A stretch of DNA of 64,000 nucleotides from a virus (taxonomy: Duplodnaviria; Caudoviricetes). Shown one piece after another: positions 36,508 to 45,348 of the stretch (positions within the stretch are counted from its first letter, which is position 1; every line of letters starts with the position of its first letter). Under the pieces are notes generated by a model. That model worked only from the letters and a program-made list of their open reading frames with translations, had not been told where the DNA came from and did not search any database. The DNA lies in IMG/VR virus record IMGVR_UViG_3300024181_000005, positions 706 through 64,705 of that record. The stretch is one strand, 5' to 3'. A program made the translations under genes and the position numbers.

Positions 36508-36956
36508 CGGTTCCCCTCGTCTAGGTTGGCGATCATGAATGCGCAGAGCGCGCCGAGGTCTTGCAACGTGTCCATGGCGGCCTCGCCGCCGTCAATCTGC
36601 GCGGTCTCCAGCGTGTAGTCCCGCCAGAGCATGTTCTCGAGCCGTGCAGCCTTGCTGAGGATGCGAGCGAGGTTGCCCATATAGCCCTGCTGCTGCCAGG
36701 CATCCCCGTAGCCCGCGCTCTTCTTGATGATAAGGTCGCGCACCTGAGCGGTGAACGCATCCCATGCCTGCACGGCCGGGATGGTGTCGGTAGCGTGGAC
36801 CGGCCGACCCGCCGCGGAGAACACGGGCTCGTCGAGAATGAGATCCTTCAGGATGGGGCGGGGGTTGGAGTGGTTCGGGCTGGACTGCGGCTGGCCACAG
36901 CCGGGCCTCCCGCAGCGCGAGCCAATGACGTCGAGGAAAGCGTGCTGGCTCACCAT
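36492..36956 (-). CDS. Nucleotide-modification-associated domain 1 (DUF1599-like, all-alpha NTP pyrophosphatase fold)
   Basis: KKSAGYGDAW...RILSKAARLEN...DTLQDLG. Confidence 0.75.
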   Translation of the reverse strand: MVSQHAFLDVIGSRCGRPGCGQPQSSPNHSNPRPILKDLILDEPVFSAAGRPVHATDTIPAVQAWDAFTAQVRDLIIKKSAGYGDAWQQQGYMGNLARILSKAARLENMLWRDYTLETAQIDGGEAAMDTLQDLGALCAFMIANLDEGNRWGRQ

Positions 36957-37474
36957 GACCAGACCACCATCACAAGCTTGGCCACGACCAGCAACGCTCC
37001 GACCGCCAGCGACCACGTGAGCACGTCGAGCGCCGTGTGCTTGACCGCGAAGTGCCAAGCCGGATCCATCAGCCGGTTGGGGCGCACCTCTTCAGCATCG
37101 CCCTTCTGCGAGACGAGCCACTGCTCGTGTTCCATGTCCTCGGTCATCGCGGCGAACTCCTCGTCGACGTGGCGGTCGGTCAGGTCAATCGTGGGCTGCG
37201 CGGCTAGCTCGGCAAACGCGTCATCGCGCGCCAGTGCCGCCAGCCCCTCGCGCACTTCGAGGTCTTCGAGGCGCTTGTATAGATCCGGTGTCGACTGACC
37301 CGCGACACGGTTCTTGTTCCTGCTCCACCAGCGAGGCCGCCGGTGAGCCTTCGGACCGATCATTGCCCTGCCCTCTCTATTCACGGTCACATAATGCGGG
37401 CGACCATTGATGGTGTCAATGCGTACCGGCGACCCGAAGCTGGCCGCCATCTGAAACTCTTCGAGCGTGTTCAC
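36950..37474 (-). CDS. Hypothetical protein with C-terminal TM helix
   Basis: GTGA overlap start at 37474. Confidence 0.55.
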   Translation of the reverse strand: MNTLEEFQMAASFGSPVRIDTINGRPHYVTVNREGRAMIGPKAHRRPRWWSRNKNRVAGQSTPDLYKRLEDLEVREGLAALARDDAFAELAAQPTIDLTDRHVDEEFAAMTEDMEHEQWLVSQKGDAEEVRPNRLMDPAWHFAVKHTALDVLTWSLAVGALLVVAKLVMVVWSW

Positions 37475-38124
37475 TGCGCATCCTTCCATTCGTCCAGCCA
37501 ATGCCGGAACACGGTCAACGTGTCCTGTTCGTCGGAGACACCCGGAACGCCAACCATGTCGCCGTGACGCAATTCCGCCCACTGCGTCATGTTGTGGTCT
37601 CGAACCGCGAACGCTGTCCGCAACCCGAGGCCGAGAGCCTGCTGGCACATCTCGGGGAGATCATCGAGAACCCCTACAATGCGTTGCTTGCCGATGGTGC
37701 GCACGAGCTCACGGTACTTGTGTTCGCCCCAGATGACACCCTGATAGACCACTCCATTGCGTCGGAGATTGTGTCTAGTGGCATCATCGACTTGGTCGTG
37801 GGACAGGTACGGGCGGGTCGTGCAGAGCCACACATCGCAGCCCCACCGACGCAGGGTTCGCGTCAGGTCGTCCGCCTGCGGATAGGGGGGCCGGAGGAGC
37901 GGTAGTGAGCGCTTCAGCTCGCCGCGCCGGTAGGCAAGCTTGCACTTGCGATACGACACCTTGGACACCTTGAGGTAGGTGTGCAGCGGCACCCGCGCGT
38001 CGTACTCGTAATACGACGGCTCCGAAGGATCCCAGGTCCCGAAGTAGTCCGCTGCGAACCGCAGGAAGTGTCGATAGTAATCGAGCAACGTCCCATCGAT
38101 GTCCAACGCCATCACCGGCTTCAT
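37471..38124 (-). CDS. HAD-superfamily 5'-nucleotidase-like phosphatase
   Basis: ALDIDGTL, CTTRP, K, VLDDLP motifs I-IV. Confidence 0.85.
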   Translation of the reverse strand: MKPVMALDIDGTLLDYYRHFLRFAADYFGTWDPSEPSYYEYDARVPLHTYLKVSKVSYRKCKLAYRRGELKRSLPLLRPPYPQADDLTRTLRRWGCDVWLCTTRPYLSHDQVDDATRHNLRRNGVVYQGVIWGEHKYRELVRTIGKQRIVGVLDDLPEMCQQALGLGLRTAFAVRDHNMTQWAELRHGDMVGVPGVSDEQDTLTVFRHWLDEWKDAQ

Positions 38125-38999
38125 ACCTCGCCCCTTGCCATGGCTGCATACAGACCTGTCGGAGTACGCCACGGACCCGGGAGATGGGCCATGAGAGTGC
38201 GCCCCATCGTCTCGGCGAACATAGTGTCCCCTCGGTGTAGGTTCGTCGGCTTGTCCCGCACGGGAAACGTACGGTTGAAGTGCGAGTCGTAGGCAAGCCA
38301 CACCGGCTCTTTCAACCGAGGGGTATTGACGTCCCGCCAGTGCGTCCCGCGAAAGGCTTGTCGCATGGCAGGCGAGCGATACGGCACCCGGACTTGGACG
38401 CCAATCTCCTTGCCCAGAGCCACGAGCGCCTGACTGCACGACCGGTCTTCCTCCCAGTAGATGCGGCGAAGTTCGTCGATGCGCTGGCTGTCCCGGTCCT
38501 CGCTCACGGGCTTCCGCTGCGGCCCGGGGACACCGTGAGCCCGGTCATAGTTGCGTGCCATCCAATTGTTGTTGATGTAGTACCCGTCGGCCTGGTCTCC
38601 GGTGTACAAGATGCTCACCCCCGCTCTGTCCGCAGCCCGCAACACCCCCAGCATCGGGGCCAGACACTCGACCTGGAGCTTGGTCTTATACCCGCGCTTC
38701 GTGAGCACCTGCGCATCGTGCTTCAAGCTATGCACGTCCATGGGCACCACCGCAGACACGAACGTCAGGCCGCAAGCCTCCGACGTCTGCTCGGCATACT
38801 GATGGTCGATGGTGTCGTGCGTGTCTGGTCTATAGCTGACGACTACCGGTACGATGCCATTGTCCAGCAGCGCACCGAGCACACTGCACGAGTCTACGCC
38901 ACCACTGAGCGCGATACCGATGCGACCACCATTGCGCTGACTGGTCTCCTTTGCCAGGCATTCTCGGAGCTGTCGCGCCACGCCTGCGGCCACGCTCAT
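38121..38999 (-). CDS. Asparagine-synthase-like ATP-dependent ligase domain (no glutaminase domain)
   Basis: ALSGGVDS PP-loop, TGDQADGYY, RVPY, LKEP..L. Confidence 0.85.
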   Translation of the reverse strand: MSVAAGVARQLRECLAKETSQRNGGRIGIALSGGVDSCSVLGALLDNGIVPVVVSYRPDTHDTIDHQYAEQTSEACGLTFVSAVVPMDVHSLKHDAQVLTKRGYKTKLQVECLAPMLGVLRAADRAGVSILYTGDQADGYYINNNWMARNYDRAHGVPGPQRKPVSEDRDSQRIDELRRIYWEEDRSCSQALVALGKEIGVQVRVPYRSPAMRQAFRGTHWRDVNTPRLKEPVWLAYDSHFNRTFPVRDKPTNLHRGDTMFAETMGRTLMAHLPGPWRTPTGLYAAMARGEV

Positions 39000-39793
39000 C
39001 GCAGCACCTCGAGCGCGTCGGAGTAGGCAGTGTGGACCAGGACACCCTTCTGCCACTTTCCGTAGCGACCGAGGCGGTGCCAGCGACCCGAGCTTGTCCG
39101 GCAGTCGCAATCGGTCTTCAGCGGCTTCTCAACGCGCACGACACCCGCAACCGGGGGTTTGACGCCCTGCGGCCATTCGAGGGTGCTGTGGCCGAACACC
39201 GTGGCCGCGCGGTACCACCGAGGCGCCTCGTGGGCATTGCACCACACTGTATTCGGCGAGGCAACATAGGGCAGCGCGTTCCCCGGCGCCGAGCCCATGG
39301 CCCAGACCATCTGCGTGTCGAACGCGTGCTGTGGGTTGCGGCAGATGACGTTCGCCGGGATGGTCGACAGCACGATGCATGACCGGTCAACGAAGAGCTG
39401 CTCAACGTTGCTGGCGTTCAACAACGCGGGCTTGATCAGGGGCAGCCAGCTCTGCCAGAGCGCGTCGTAGGCTGCGCGCAGGTCCCAGGCGAGGTGTGGC
39501 TCTTCGGGTCCGAACTCGTCCGGGCTGACTCGACCCTGCCAGCCTCCGCCGTACACCTTGTATCGATAGTCCTCGGGGGAGCCGTCCAGCACATACGACA
39601 CGGGGGTGCCGTCGCCTTCGGTGATCCCCGGGATGGCCGCGTGCAGGTACTGGCACCCGTAGAGCTGGCTCTTGCGGGGCTGTCCGCTCGGGCCGGGAGC
39701 CGTGAGTACGTACACCTCATAGCCTTGCTTGCTCGCTGCATGCGCGGCCAGCAGACCCGCCGGACCCGCACCCAGCACGACGACCGTACGCAT
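38996..39793 (-). CDS. FAD-dependent oxidoreductase (loosely UDP-galactopyranose-mutase-like layout)
   Basis: VVLGAGPAGL dinucleotide motif, G..YLH, C-terminal LGRYGKW. Confidence 0.8.
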   Translation of the reverse strand: MRTVVVLGAGPAGLLAAHAASKQGYEVYVLTAPGPSGQPRKSQLYGCQYLHAAIPGITEGDGTPVSYVLDGSPEDYRYKVYGGGWQGRVSPDEFGPEEPHLAWDLRAAYDALWQSWLPLIKPALLNASNVEQLFVDRSCIVLSTIPANVICRNPQHAFDTQMVWAMGSAPGNALPYVASPNTVWCNAHEAPRWYRAATVFGHSTLEWPQGVKPPVAGVVRVEKPLKTDCDCRTSSGRWHRLGRYGKWQKGVLVHTAYSDALEVLR

Positions 39794-39807
39794 TCTCCGT
39801 CGAAATA

Positions 39808-42663
39808 TCATTCTTCCTCCATGTCTCTCACAATGCGAATCAGTTCGGGCGTCATGTTGATGTAGCCCTTACTGCGGCGGCGGACCATGCCCATGCGCAG
39901 CAGCTCGCCGACGGCTTGGCTGGCCATCTCTCTATCCATGCTCCCGAACTCTTCGAAGTCCCGGGCTCGGAACTGCGTGTCGTTAATCGCGGTAGCCAGC
40001 GTCTTCAAGACGCCTTCGTGGGCCGCGAGGAAATGCCGACACTGCTCGCTGTACCGCTCCGCGTTGGCCTTAGCCCGAATCTCCTTCTTGCTGTGGTCAC
40101 CGTACCCGAACCACCGTTTGCCGTACAGCTCATCGAGAAGCTGGACCGCCGTGTCAACATGCTCGCTCTTCACCAGCACCGACAGCCCTTCGCCCTCGTG
40201 GCTAAAGAGCCTGGCCGCCACCGCTACTGACAGGCGTGCGAGCTTCACGCGCACGTTCTCTGGCTGAATCAGAGGCGGGTCCGCGACGTACCTCCCACCC
40301 AGCTCCTCCGCCGCAGACAAGACTCGGCGCTCGGCACCCCGACCCCAGAGCACCTGTTCGGGCGTGCGACTCCAGGCCCATGTGACCAGGGCAGAACACA
40401 GGCCCTGCGTGGCGCGTGGCGGAGCCTTCGGCGGCGTGGCACTGTTGATGATGCTGGACTGCACGTCGTCCTGGGCGGCCACCATCGCGAAGTCGAACCG
40501 CGCGACGTCCTCGGGGTTGGTGATGAGCTTCTGAATGGCGTCGATGGCCCCATTGTTGGTCGCTTGAATCGGTCGACCGTCCGGGGGATTGCTAATCCAG
40601 ATCGTCCGGGTACGGGCGAACGTTTCCTGCTGCACGACCTTCGTGACCTGCGCGCGCCCCGAGCTGCGCACCGCGCTCATCTGCTCGATGATGTTCTTGT
40701 CGCTGATGCCGGACACCTCGTCGAGAATGACAAGCCTGCGGTCTTGCAGGGGAATGGTACCCCAGGTGATCACCCAGGAGTTCCCGATCTGTTGCGCACC
40801 ACCCACGAGCCCGGCGAGCGTCGCACCCTCGCAGCTCTTGAGCACGCCACACTGATAGTGGTGCCGGAGACGCTCCGCAGCCTCGCTCTTTCCGGTACGG
40901 GTGTCTCCCATGACAAGGAGCTCCAGCCAGCCCTTACCGAGACGATTACCCCGGAAGGGAAAGTCCAGCACGGAATGCCAGACCAGATCGTAGGCAATGT
41001 GCAGCTCGGGGCGTCCGTAGATATGCGTGACGTTGGCGGCCAGGTCCCGAGCCAACTCAGATAGCTTGTCCATGGGAGTTTGGCTGGGTCCGGGTTGGAA
41101 GACATCCTCTAGGGCACCCCGCAATTCTTCCGTCATCTCGAATCTATCGAGACTGGTTTTGGTCTCCTCGCATTGCCAGCTCTGGAAGACCATGTGCCCG
41201 CTCTTCGGGGAGGCGGTCGAGACCCCGGTCAGGCGGGCGGTGGTATTGACGGGCGTGAGCTTGCCGGACTCTGTGACGTTGAACACGCGCCGCAGTACCT
41301 GCTCGCCCTCACCCTCGTTCGGGTCGTCAACATTCGGGATCACCGCCAGCTCATCAACGCGCCATTGATCATGTGGCGTGATCTCCACACGAGGGCAGGT
41401 TGCCGGGATCTCCAATGCGCGCAGCATTTCTGACGTGCGTTCCTTGTCAGCCATGTCGAGCATCTTCAGGAGCAGGCGATCGTCAGCCGGTATCTCGTGC
41501 TTGTGCTCGCCGCCCCACATGGTCTCCATAGGGCAATTGCTGCACTTCGTCTTCTGCCAATCCTGCCCACAGTGCAACTCGAACCTGCGGAGGAGGGCGG
41601 TAGGGGTGGCGCTGCGTCCGCTGATCGTGGCCACCATGGCGATCGGCTTGTCCAGCAGCGCGGGGTCGAAGCTGTTGCGCATACGGATGTCAGGTACGTC
41701 ACCCGCCACAACCGCGCGCTCGCGGCTCAGCTTGCGTTCGCGGTACGGCGGGGTGGCCTTGCACAGGTCGATGAAGCTCTGCCTGCCGTAGCCTTGGTTG
41801 ACGAAGTAGTCGGTGAAGTCGTTACCCCGCACCGTGAGCGGCAACTTGACGATGTAGATAGCCTCGGCGGTACGCCGCAGGTGGTTGGCGACCTTCCTGG
41901 ACCCCGCGTCGCCCTGGTCGTCAACGTCGTACACAATGTAGACGATCTTGCCGATGAACAGCCCGTCCCATTCTCCCATCCAGGTCCCGGCACCTGCGGT
42001 GGCGGAGAGGGTGGGGAAACGGTATTGCCGACCGATCAGCTTGTCCATCTCACCCTCGGTCAGAAACACTCGCTTCTGTGTGAGAGCATCGAGGCCGTAC
42101 AACGCGGCATCGCCATAGCCAGGCCAGTTCACCATCTTGTTCGCCTTGAGGCCCATGCCGTACCGGCGCACGTTGACCAGCTCGCCCTCGGCGCTGAACA
42201 CCGGGATGGTGATGCGCTCTCCGTCCCAGCCGAGCCGGTACCGCGCGATAGTGCTACGCTGCAATCCCCGACGGGTCAACAGGTCTTTCATCACATCGGC
42301 CTTGCCCAGCAGGCGGGCCGACCAGGCGTTCAACTGCTCGTCGTCGGGGAGCGCCACCGTGAGGCCCTCGGCACGCTGCTTGCGGCGCCTGCGGGCCCCT
42401 ACCTCGTCGAGGGGCTTGCCGTCGGTACGCCGCTCCGGGAGCATGCCCTTGTCAACGATCGACCAGAGCTGGCCGAGGCTGTAACCCCCGCAGCGGCTGA
42501 AGCAGTTGAACGTGCCCTTGTCGAAGTTGAAGCTGGCACTGGGTGTGCTGCTGCTCTCCGGGTCTTCGTGTGCAGGGCAGTAGCCCCGCGTCTCGCCGTC
42601 GGCCTCATCTCGGACGACCCATTTATGGAATCGTCGTCGCCAGCCAGCCCCGGATGTCCCCAT
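39808..42663 (-). CDS. Primase-helicase fusion: Zn finger + TOPRIM + MCM-type AAA+ helicase
   Basis: CPAHED...FNCFSRCG; TEGEMD, YDVDDQG; GDTRTGKS, GLVGG, ILDEVS, VARFD. Confidence 0.85.
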   Translation of the reverse strand: MGTSGAGWRRRFHKWVVRDEADGETRGYCPAHEDPESSSTPSASFNFDKGTFNCFSRCGGYSLGQLWSIVDKGMLPERRTDGKPLDEVGARRRRKQRAEGLTVALPDDEQLNAWSARLLGKADVMKDLLTRRGLQRSTIARYRLGWDGERITIPVFSAEGELVNVRRYGMGLKANKMVNWPGYGDAALYGLDALTQKRVFLTEGEMDKLIGRQYRFPTLSATAGAGTWMGEWDGLFIGKIVYIVYDVDDQGDAGSRKVANHLRRTAEAIYIVKLPLTVRGNDFTDYFVNQGYGRQSFIDLCKATPPYRERKLSRERAVVAGDVPDIRMRNSFDPALLDKPIAMVATISGRSATPTALLRRFELHCGQDWQKTKCSNCPMETMWGGEHKHEIPADDRLLLKMLDMADKERTSEMLRALEIPATCPRVEITPHDQWRVDELAVIPNVDDPNEGEGEQVLRRVFNVTESGKLTPVNTTARLTGVSTASPKSGHMVFQSWQCEETKTSLDRFEMTEELRGALEDVFQPGPSQTPMDKLSELARDLAANVTHIYGRPELHIAYDLVWHSVLDFPFRGNRLGKGWLELLVMGDTRTGKSEAAERLRHHYQCGVLKSCEGATLAGLVGGAQQIGNSWVITWGTIPLQDRRLVILDEVSGISDKNIIEQMSAVRSSGRAQVTKVVQQETFARTRTIWISNPPDGRPIQATNNGAIDAIQKLITNPEDVARFDFAMVAAQDDVQSSIINSATPPKAPPRATQGLCSALVTWAWSRTPEQVLWGRGAERRVLSAAEELGGRYVADPPLIQPENVRVKLARLSVAVAARLFSHEGEGLSVLVKSEHVDTAVQLLDELYGKRWFGYGDHSKKEIRAKANAERYSEQCRHFLAAHEGVLKTLATAINDTQFRARDFEEFGSMDREMASQAVGELLRMGMVRRRSKGYINMTPELIRIVRDMEEE

Positions 42664-42666
42664 GTG

Positions 42667-42924
42667 TTACCTGTCCTCATATTCGTTCAGCTTCCCGGTA
42701 CGCAAGCAGCTTGCGGCGTACTCGGCATACGCCATGATGCGGACATCCTCCGGCCAGCCGTTGGCAGCCATGCCGTCACAGAGCAGTCGACGCACGGTCG
42801 CCATACCGGCCTCGCCATTCTTGGCCAGCGATGCCAGGCAGAACCGTTCCTGCGCAGCCATCTTCGTTTTCACGATGGTACTGCGCTGGAAGCCGTAACC
42901 CTGCGAAAGGGTGTCGTCTGTCAT
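42667..42924 (-). CDS. Putative RHH-like DNA-binding protein
   Basis: Strand TIVKTKM plus two helices; GGAGGAGG RBS; first gene after region B. Confidence 0.5.
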   Translation of the reverse strand: MTDDTLSQGYGFQRSTIVKTKMAAQERFCLASLAKNGEAGMATVRRLLCDGMAANGWPEDVRIMAYAEYAASCLRTGKLNEYEDR

Positions 42925-42943
42925 AACCCTCCTCCCTGAACTA

Positions 42944-43161
42944 CATGTGTGACTCTCTCTTCTCTCTCTTGAGATTGACAGAGCTACACAGCGAGTGCTG
43001 CGGGGCGTTGGCGCAGCCCGGTAACCGTACCGTACCGAGGGCTTCCCCGGGGGTCTTTTCCCAGGTCCCCCTTTGGGCTTTCCTCTCCCCCGGCCTCCGT
43101 CGGGCTGGCCGGGGGTTTCAGGCCCCTCGCGTACGCGTGCGCGCACGGGCACCTGCGAGGC
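42944..43161 (-). promoter_or_regulatory. Intergenic control region B (twin of region A)
   Basis: Same two motifs, same order and orientation as 24505-24672. Confidence 0.6.
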
Positions 43162-43303
43162 CCACACCACCACCCGCCCGGCGCCGGGGCGGCCTCGTTC
43201 TAGAAGTCGACGCAGCCGAGTCAGAAATGCGCACCCCGCCGCCTCTGCCCTCCCACCCCTCCGACCCCGCAGAAGTCATCTGGGTGCCGATGCCGGGGCA
43301 CGC

Positions 43304-43328
43304 AAAAAGGCCACCCCGAAGGGTGGCC
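43304..43328 (-). terminator. Rho-independent terminator
   Basis: GGCCACCC-TTCG-GGGTGGCC followed by TTTTT. Confidence 0.9.
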
Positions 43329-43343
43329 CTGGTAGTGCTGGCT

Positions 43344-43484
43344 TCAGGCGGCGTTCCAGAACTGACCAACCCACCACATCTGCATGCCAGCGATCTTGCG
43401 GATACCCCAGTGCCAACCGGGCTGGGCCGGGGTCTGCTGGATGGCGGAGAAGTGCGCGATGGCGGCGGAGTGGTTGGTGAACAT
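43344..43484 (-). CDS. 46-aa Trp-rich protein in its own cassette
   Basis: Promoter, CCGGGAGG RBS and terminator flank it. Confidence 0.7.
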   Translation of the reverse strand: MFTNHSAAIAHFSAIQQTPAQPGWHWGIRKIAGMQMWWVGQFWNAA

Positions 43485-43527
43485 TTGGGGGCCTCCCGGC
43501 TGAGTGGTGTGCCTTGCTGATGTGAGA

Positions 43528-43557
43528 ACACTATCACGGCCGTCTCATCCAACGCAA
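43528..43557 (-). promoter_or_regulatory. SigmaA-like promoter
   Basis: TTGCGT-N18-TAGTGT-TTCTC. Confidence 0.75.
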
Positions 43558-43635
43558 GAGGGTCGACCAAAGTTTCTCAGCCGACCCTCCCTGATGCGCG
43601 GTTACCGTGTCCCGCGTGTTAGCCCTCGGCGGGCA

Positions 43636-44499
43636 TCAGCCCCGACGGCGCCGGGTCGTGGTGGCCGCCGCCGCCTTGGCGGGAGCAGCCTTCGCAGGTG
43701 CAGGCGTGGCCTTGGCCGCGCGGCCTCGCCGAGCACGCGGGGCGGGCTCAGGCTCGGGCTCCTCGGCCGATTCGTCGGCCGCATCCTCGAAGCCGTCCTC
43801 GAACTCCGCCGCGCCACCCTCGTCGGCGCCGTCCTCGGCCGTGTCGGGTTCGTCGTCGGGGTCCTGCTCGTCAAGGATCATGTTGACGAGCTGCTCCTTG
43901 TATGCGTCGGCGCTCTGCCGACGGCCCTTCTTTGGCACGTCGGCCTCGGCGTACTCGAACTCCTCGACCAGGATCTCCGCCAGTTCCTCGGCGGGCATGG
44001 CCTCGAGCTCGTCCTGCGTGTAGTCCTCGACCGTGTCGTCCTCGGCGTCGTCGGGCTCTGCGGACGGGGCGGGGGCCGGAGCGGCCTTGCCCGTGCCGAC
44101 GGCCTCGAGCAGCGGCCGAACCTTGCGGATGCGGATCTTGTCGTTGTACTCCTCGGTCTGGAAGCGGATCGTCTTCTGCTTCTTGAGCCAGTTGGCGACC
44201 GCCGTCTCGTTCTCCCAGTCGAGGGTCACCGGAGCGGCCTTGCCCTGGAGAGCCTTCAGCATCTCCTGGAGCTTCCACTTGACGTTGCCCTCGAACGGGC
44301 CGTAGTAGCCCCGGGTCCAACCGGCGTAGTCCGCGTGGTCGACGACCGAAACGAAGAAGACGACCTGGTCGTCCTCCTCGTCGTACCGGGCCCGCACGAC
44401 CTTGCCGTTGAGCCACATCCCCGGGCGGGGGTCATCCCCGGTGTACTCGTCCCACTCTTGCTCTTTATAGTCGCTGAAGTCGACGGTGCGCTTAGCCAC
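43636..44499 (-). CDS. Single-stranded DNA-binding-like protein (OB-type core, acidic then basic tail)
   Basis: Follows Sak4-like ATPase; GTG 44499; long Asp/Glu-rich tail. Confidence 0.65.
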   Translation of the reverse strand: MAKRTVDFSDYKEQEWDEYTGDDPRPGMWLNGKVVRARYDEEDDQVVFFVSVVDHADYAGWTRGYYGPFEGNVKWKLQEMLKALQGKAAPVTLDWENETAVANWLKKQKTIRFQTEEYNDKIRIRKVRPLLEAVGTGKAAPAPAPSAEPDDAEDDTVEDYTQDELEAMPAEELAEILVEEFEYAEADVPKKGRRQSADAYKEQLVNMILDEQDPDDEPDTAEDGADEGGAAEFEDGFEDAADESAEEPEPEPAPRARRGRAAKATPAPAKAAPAKAAAATTTRRRRG

Positions 44500-45340
44500 G
44501 TGCTCTTCTCCTTCTGGGTGCGGTCCCTGCACTTGCGGTTGGTGCACTGGCCATCTTAGCCAGCAAACCGGGAATGGTGGGGTTGGTAACCCCGGGTCCG
44601 AGGCTGTTGGAGCGGTCCTTCGCGACCCAACGTGGTCCGGACTGCGTGAGGAGCTGGCGCTGGATCTGCCCACCTTCCTCGGTGACCTCGCGCATGTAGC
44701 CCACGAGGCCCATCTGCGCGCACATGTACGAGCTGAGGTCCCCGCGCTTCGTACTGCCCATCTGCGGCATCGCCACGGTGACCGTGTCCTCGCCGTCCTC
44801 GGTCTCCCGATCGAGGCGCATCACGTGGGCCAGCAGCAGCACGTTCATCGGCGCCCGGTTCAGCGCCATCAACTGTTCCTTGACCTTCTTCCAGACGACG
44901 GGGTAGTCACCCTTGTTCGGCTGGTATTTGCTGGCCCGCTTGAGGTCCTCGCTGACGAGCTGATTGAGCCAGCACAGCTCTTCGAGCTCATCAACCGTGT
45001 CAACGATGACCCAGTCAAACTCCTTGTGCGCGTCCCCCCGGACGACCCAGTCCGCATAATCGAGGAACTGGTCCCAGTCGTTGACCTGGAGCTCCTTCGC
45101 GGTACTGCCGAACGCTCGGGCGCTCTCCGTGCCCTCAACGTCGGCCGTGAGGAACAGCGCGTTAGGCGCGGTGCCTGCCAGCACGGTCTTGCCCACCCCA
45201 CTCTGTCCGTACACCATCATCTTCTTGCGACGAGGTGCGGCGGGGTCTTGCAGACTGACGATAGCCGTCGGCCTGCGGGGTGCGGCGGAAGTCGGGGCGC
45301 TCCTAGCCCCGGTCCGTCTCACCGGTCGTTGAACCGTCAT
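44492..45340 (-). CDS. Sak4/AAA_24-like recombination ATPase
   Basis: VYGQSGVGKT Walker A, VIVDT Walker B, LLLAH, AKDRS. Confidence 0.85.
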   Translation of the reverse strand: MTVQRPVRRTGARSAPTSAAPRRPTAIVSLQDPAAPRRKKMMVYGQSGVGKTVLAGTAPNALFLTADVEGTESARAFGSTAKELQVNDWDQFLDYADWVVRGDAHKEFDWVIVDTVDELEELCWLNQLVSEDLKRASKYQPNKGDYPVVWKKVKEQLMALNRAPMNVLLLAHVMRLDRETEDGEDTVTVAMPQMGSTKRGDLSSYMCAQMGLVGYMREVTEEGGQIQRQLLTQSGPRWVAKDRSNSLGPGVTNPTIPGLLAKMASAPTASAGTAPRRRRARG

Positions 45341-45348
45341 GCCTCTCC

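Noticed and set aside
38121-38999. QueC / 7-deazaguanine pathway
   Set aside because: Has Asn-synthase TGD.AD motif rather than QueC zinc cysteines; no FolE, QueD, QueE or DpdA seen
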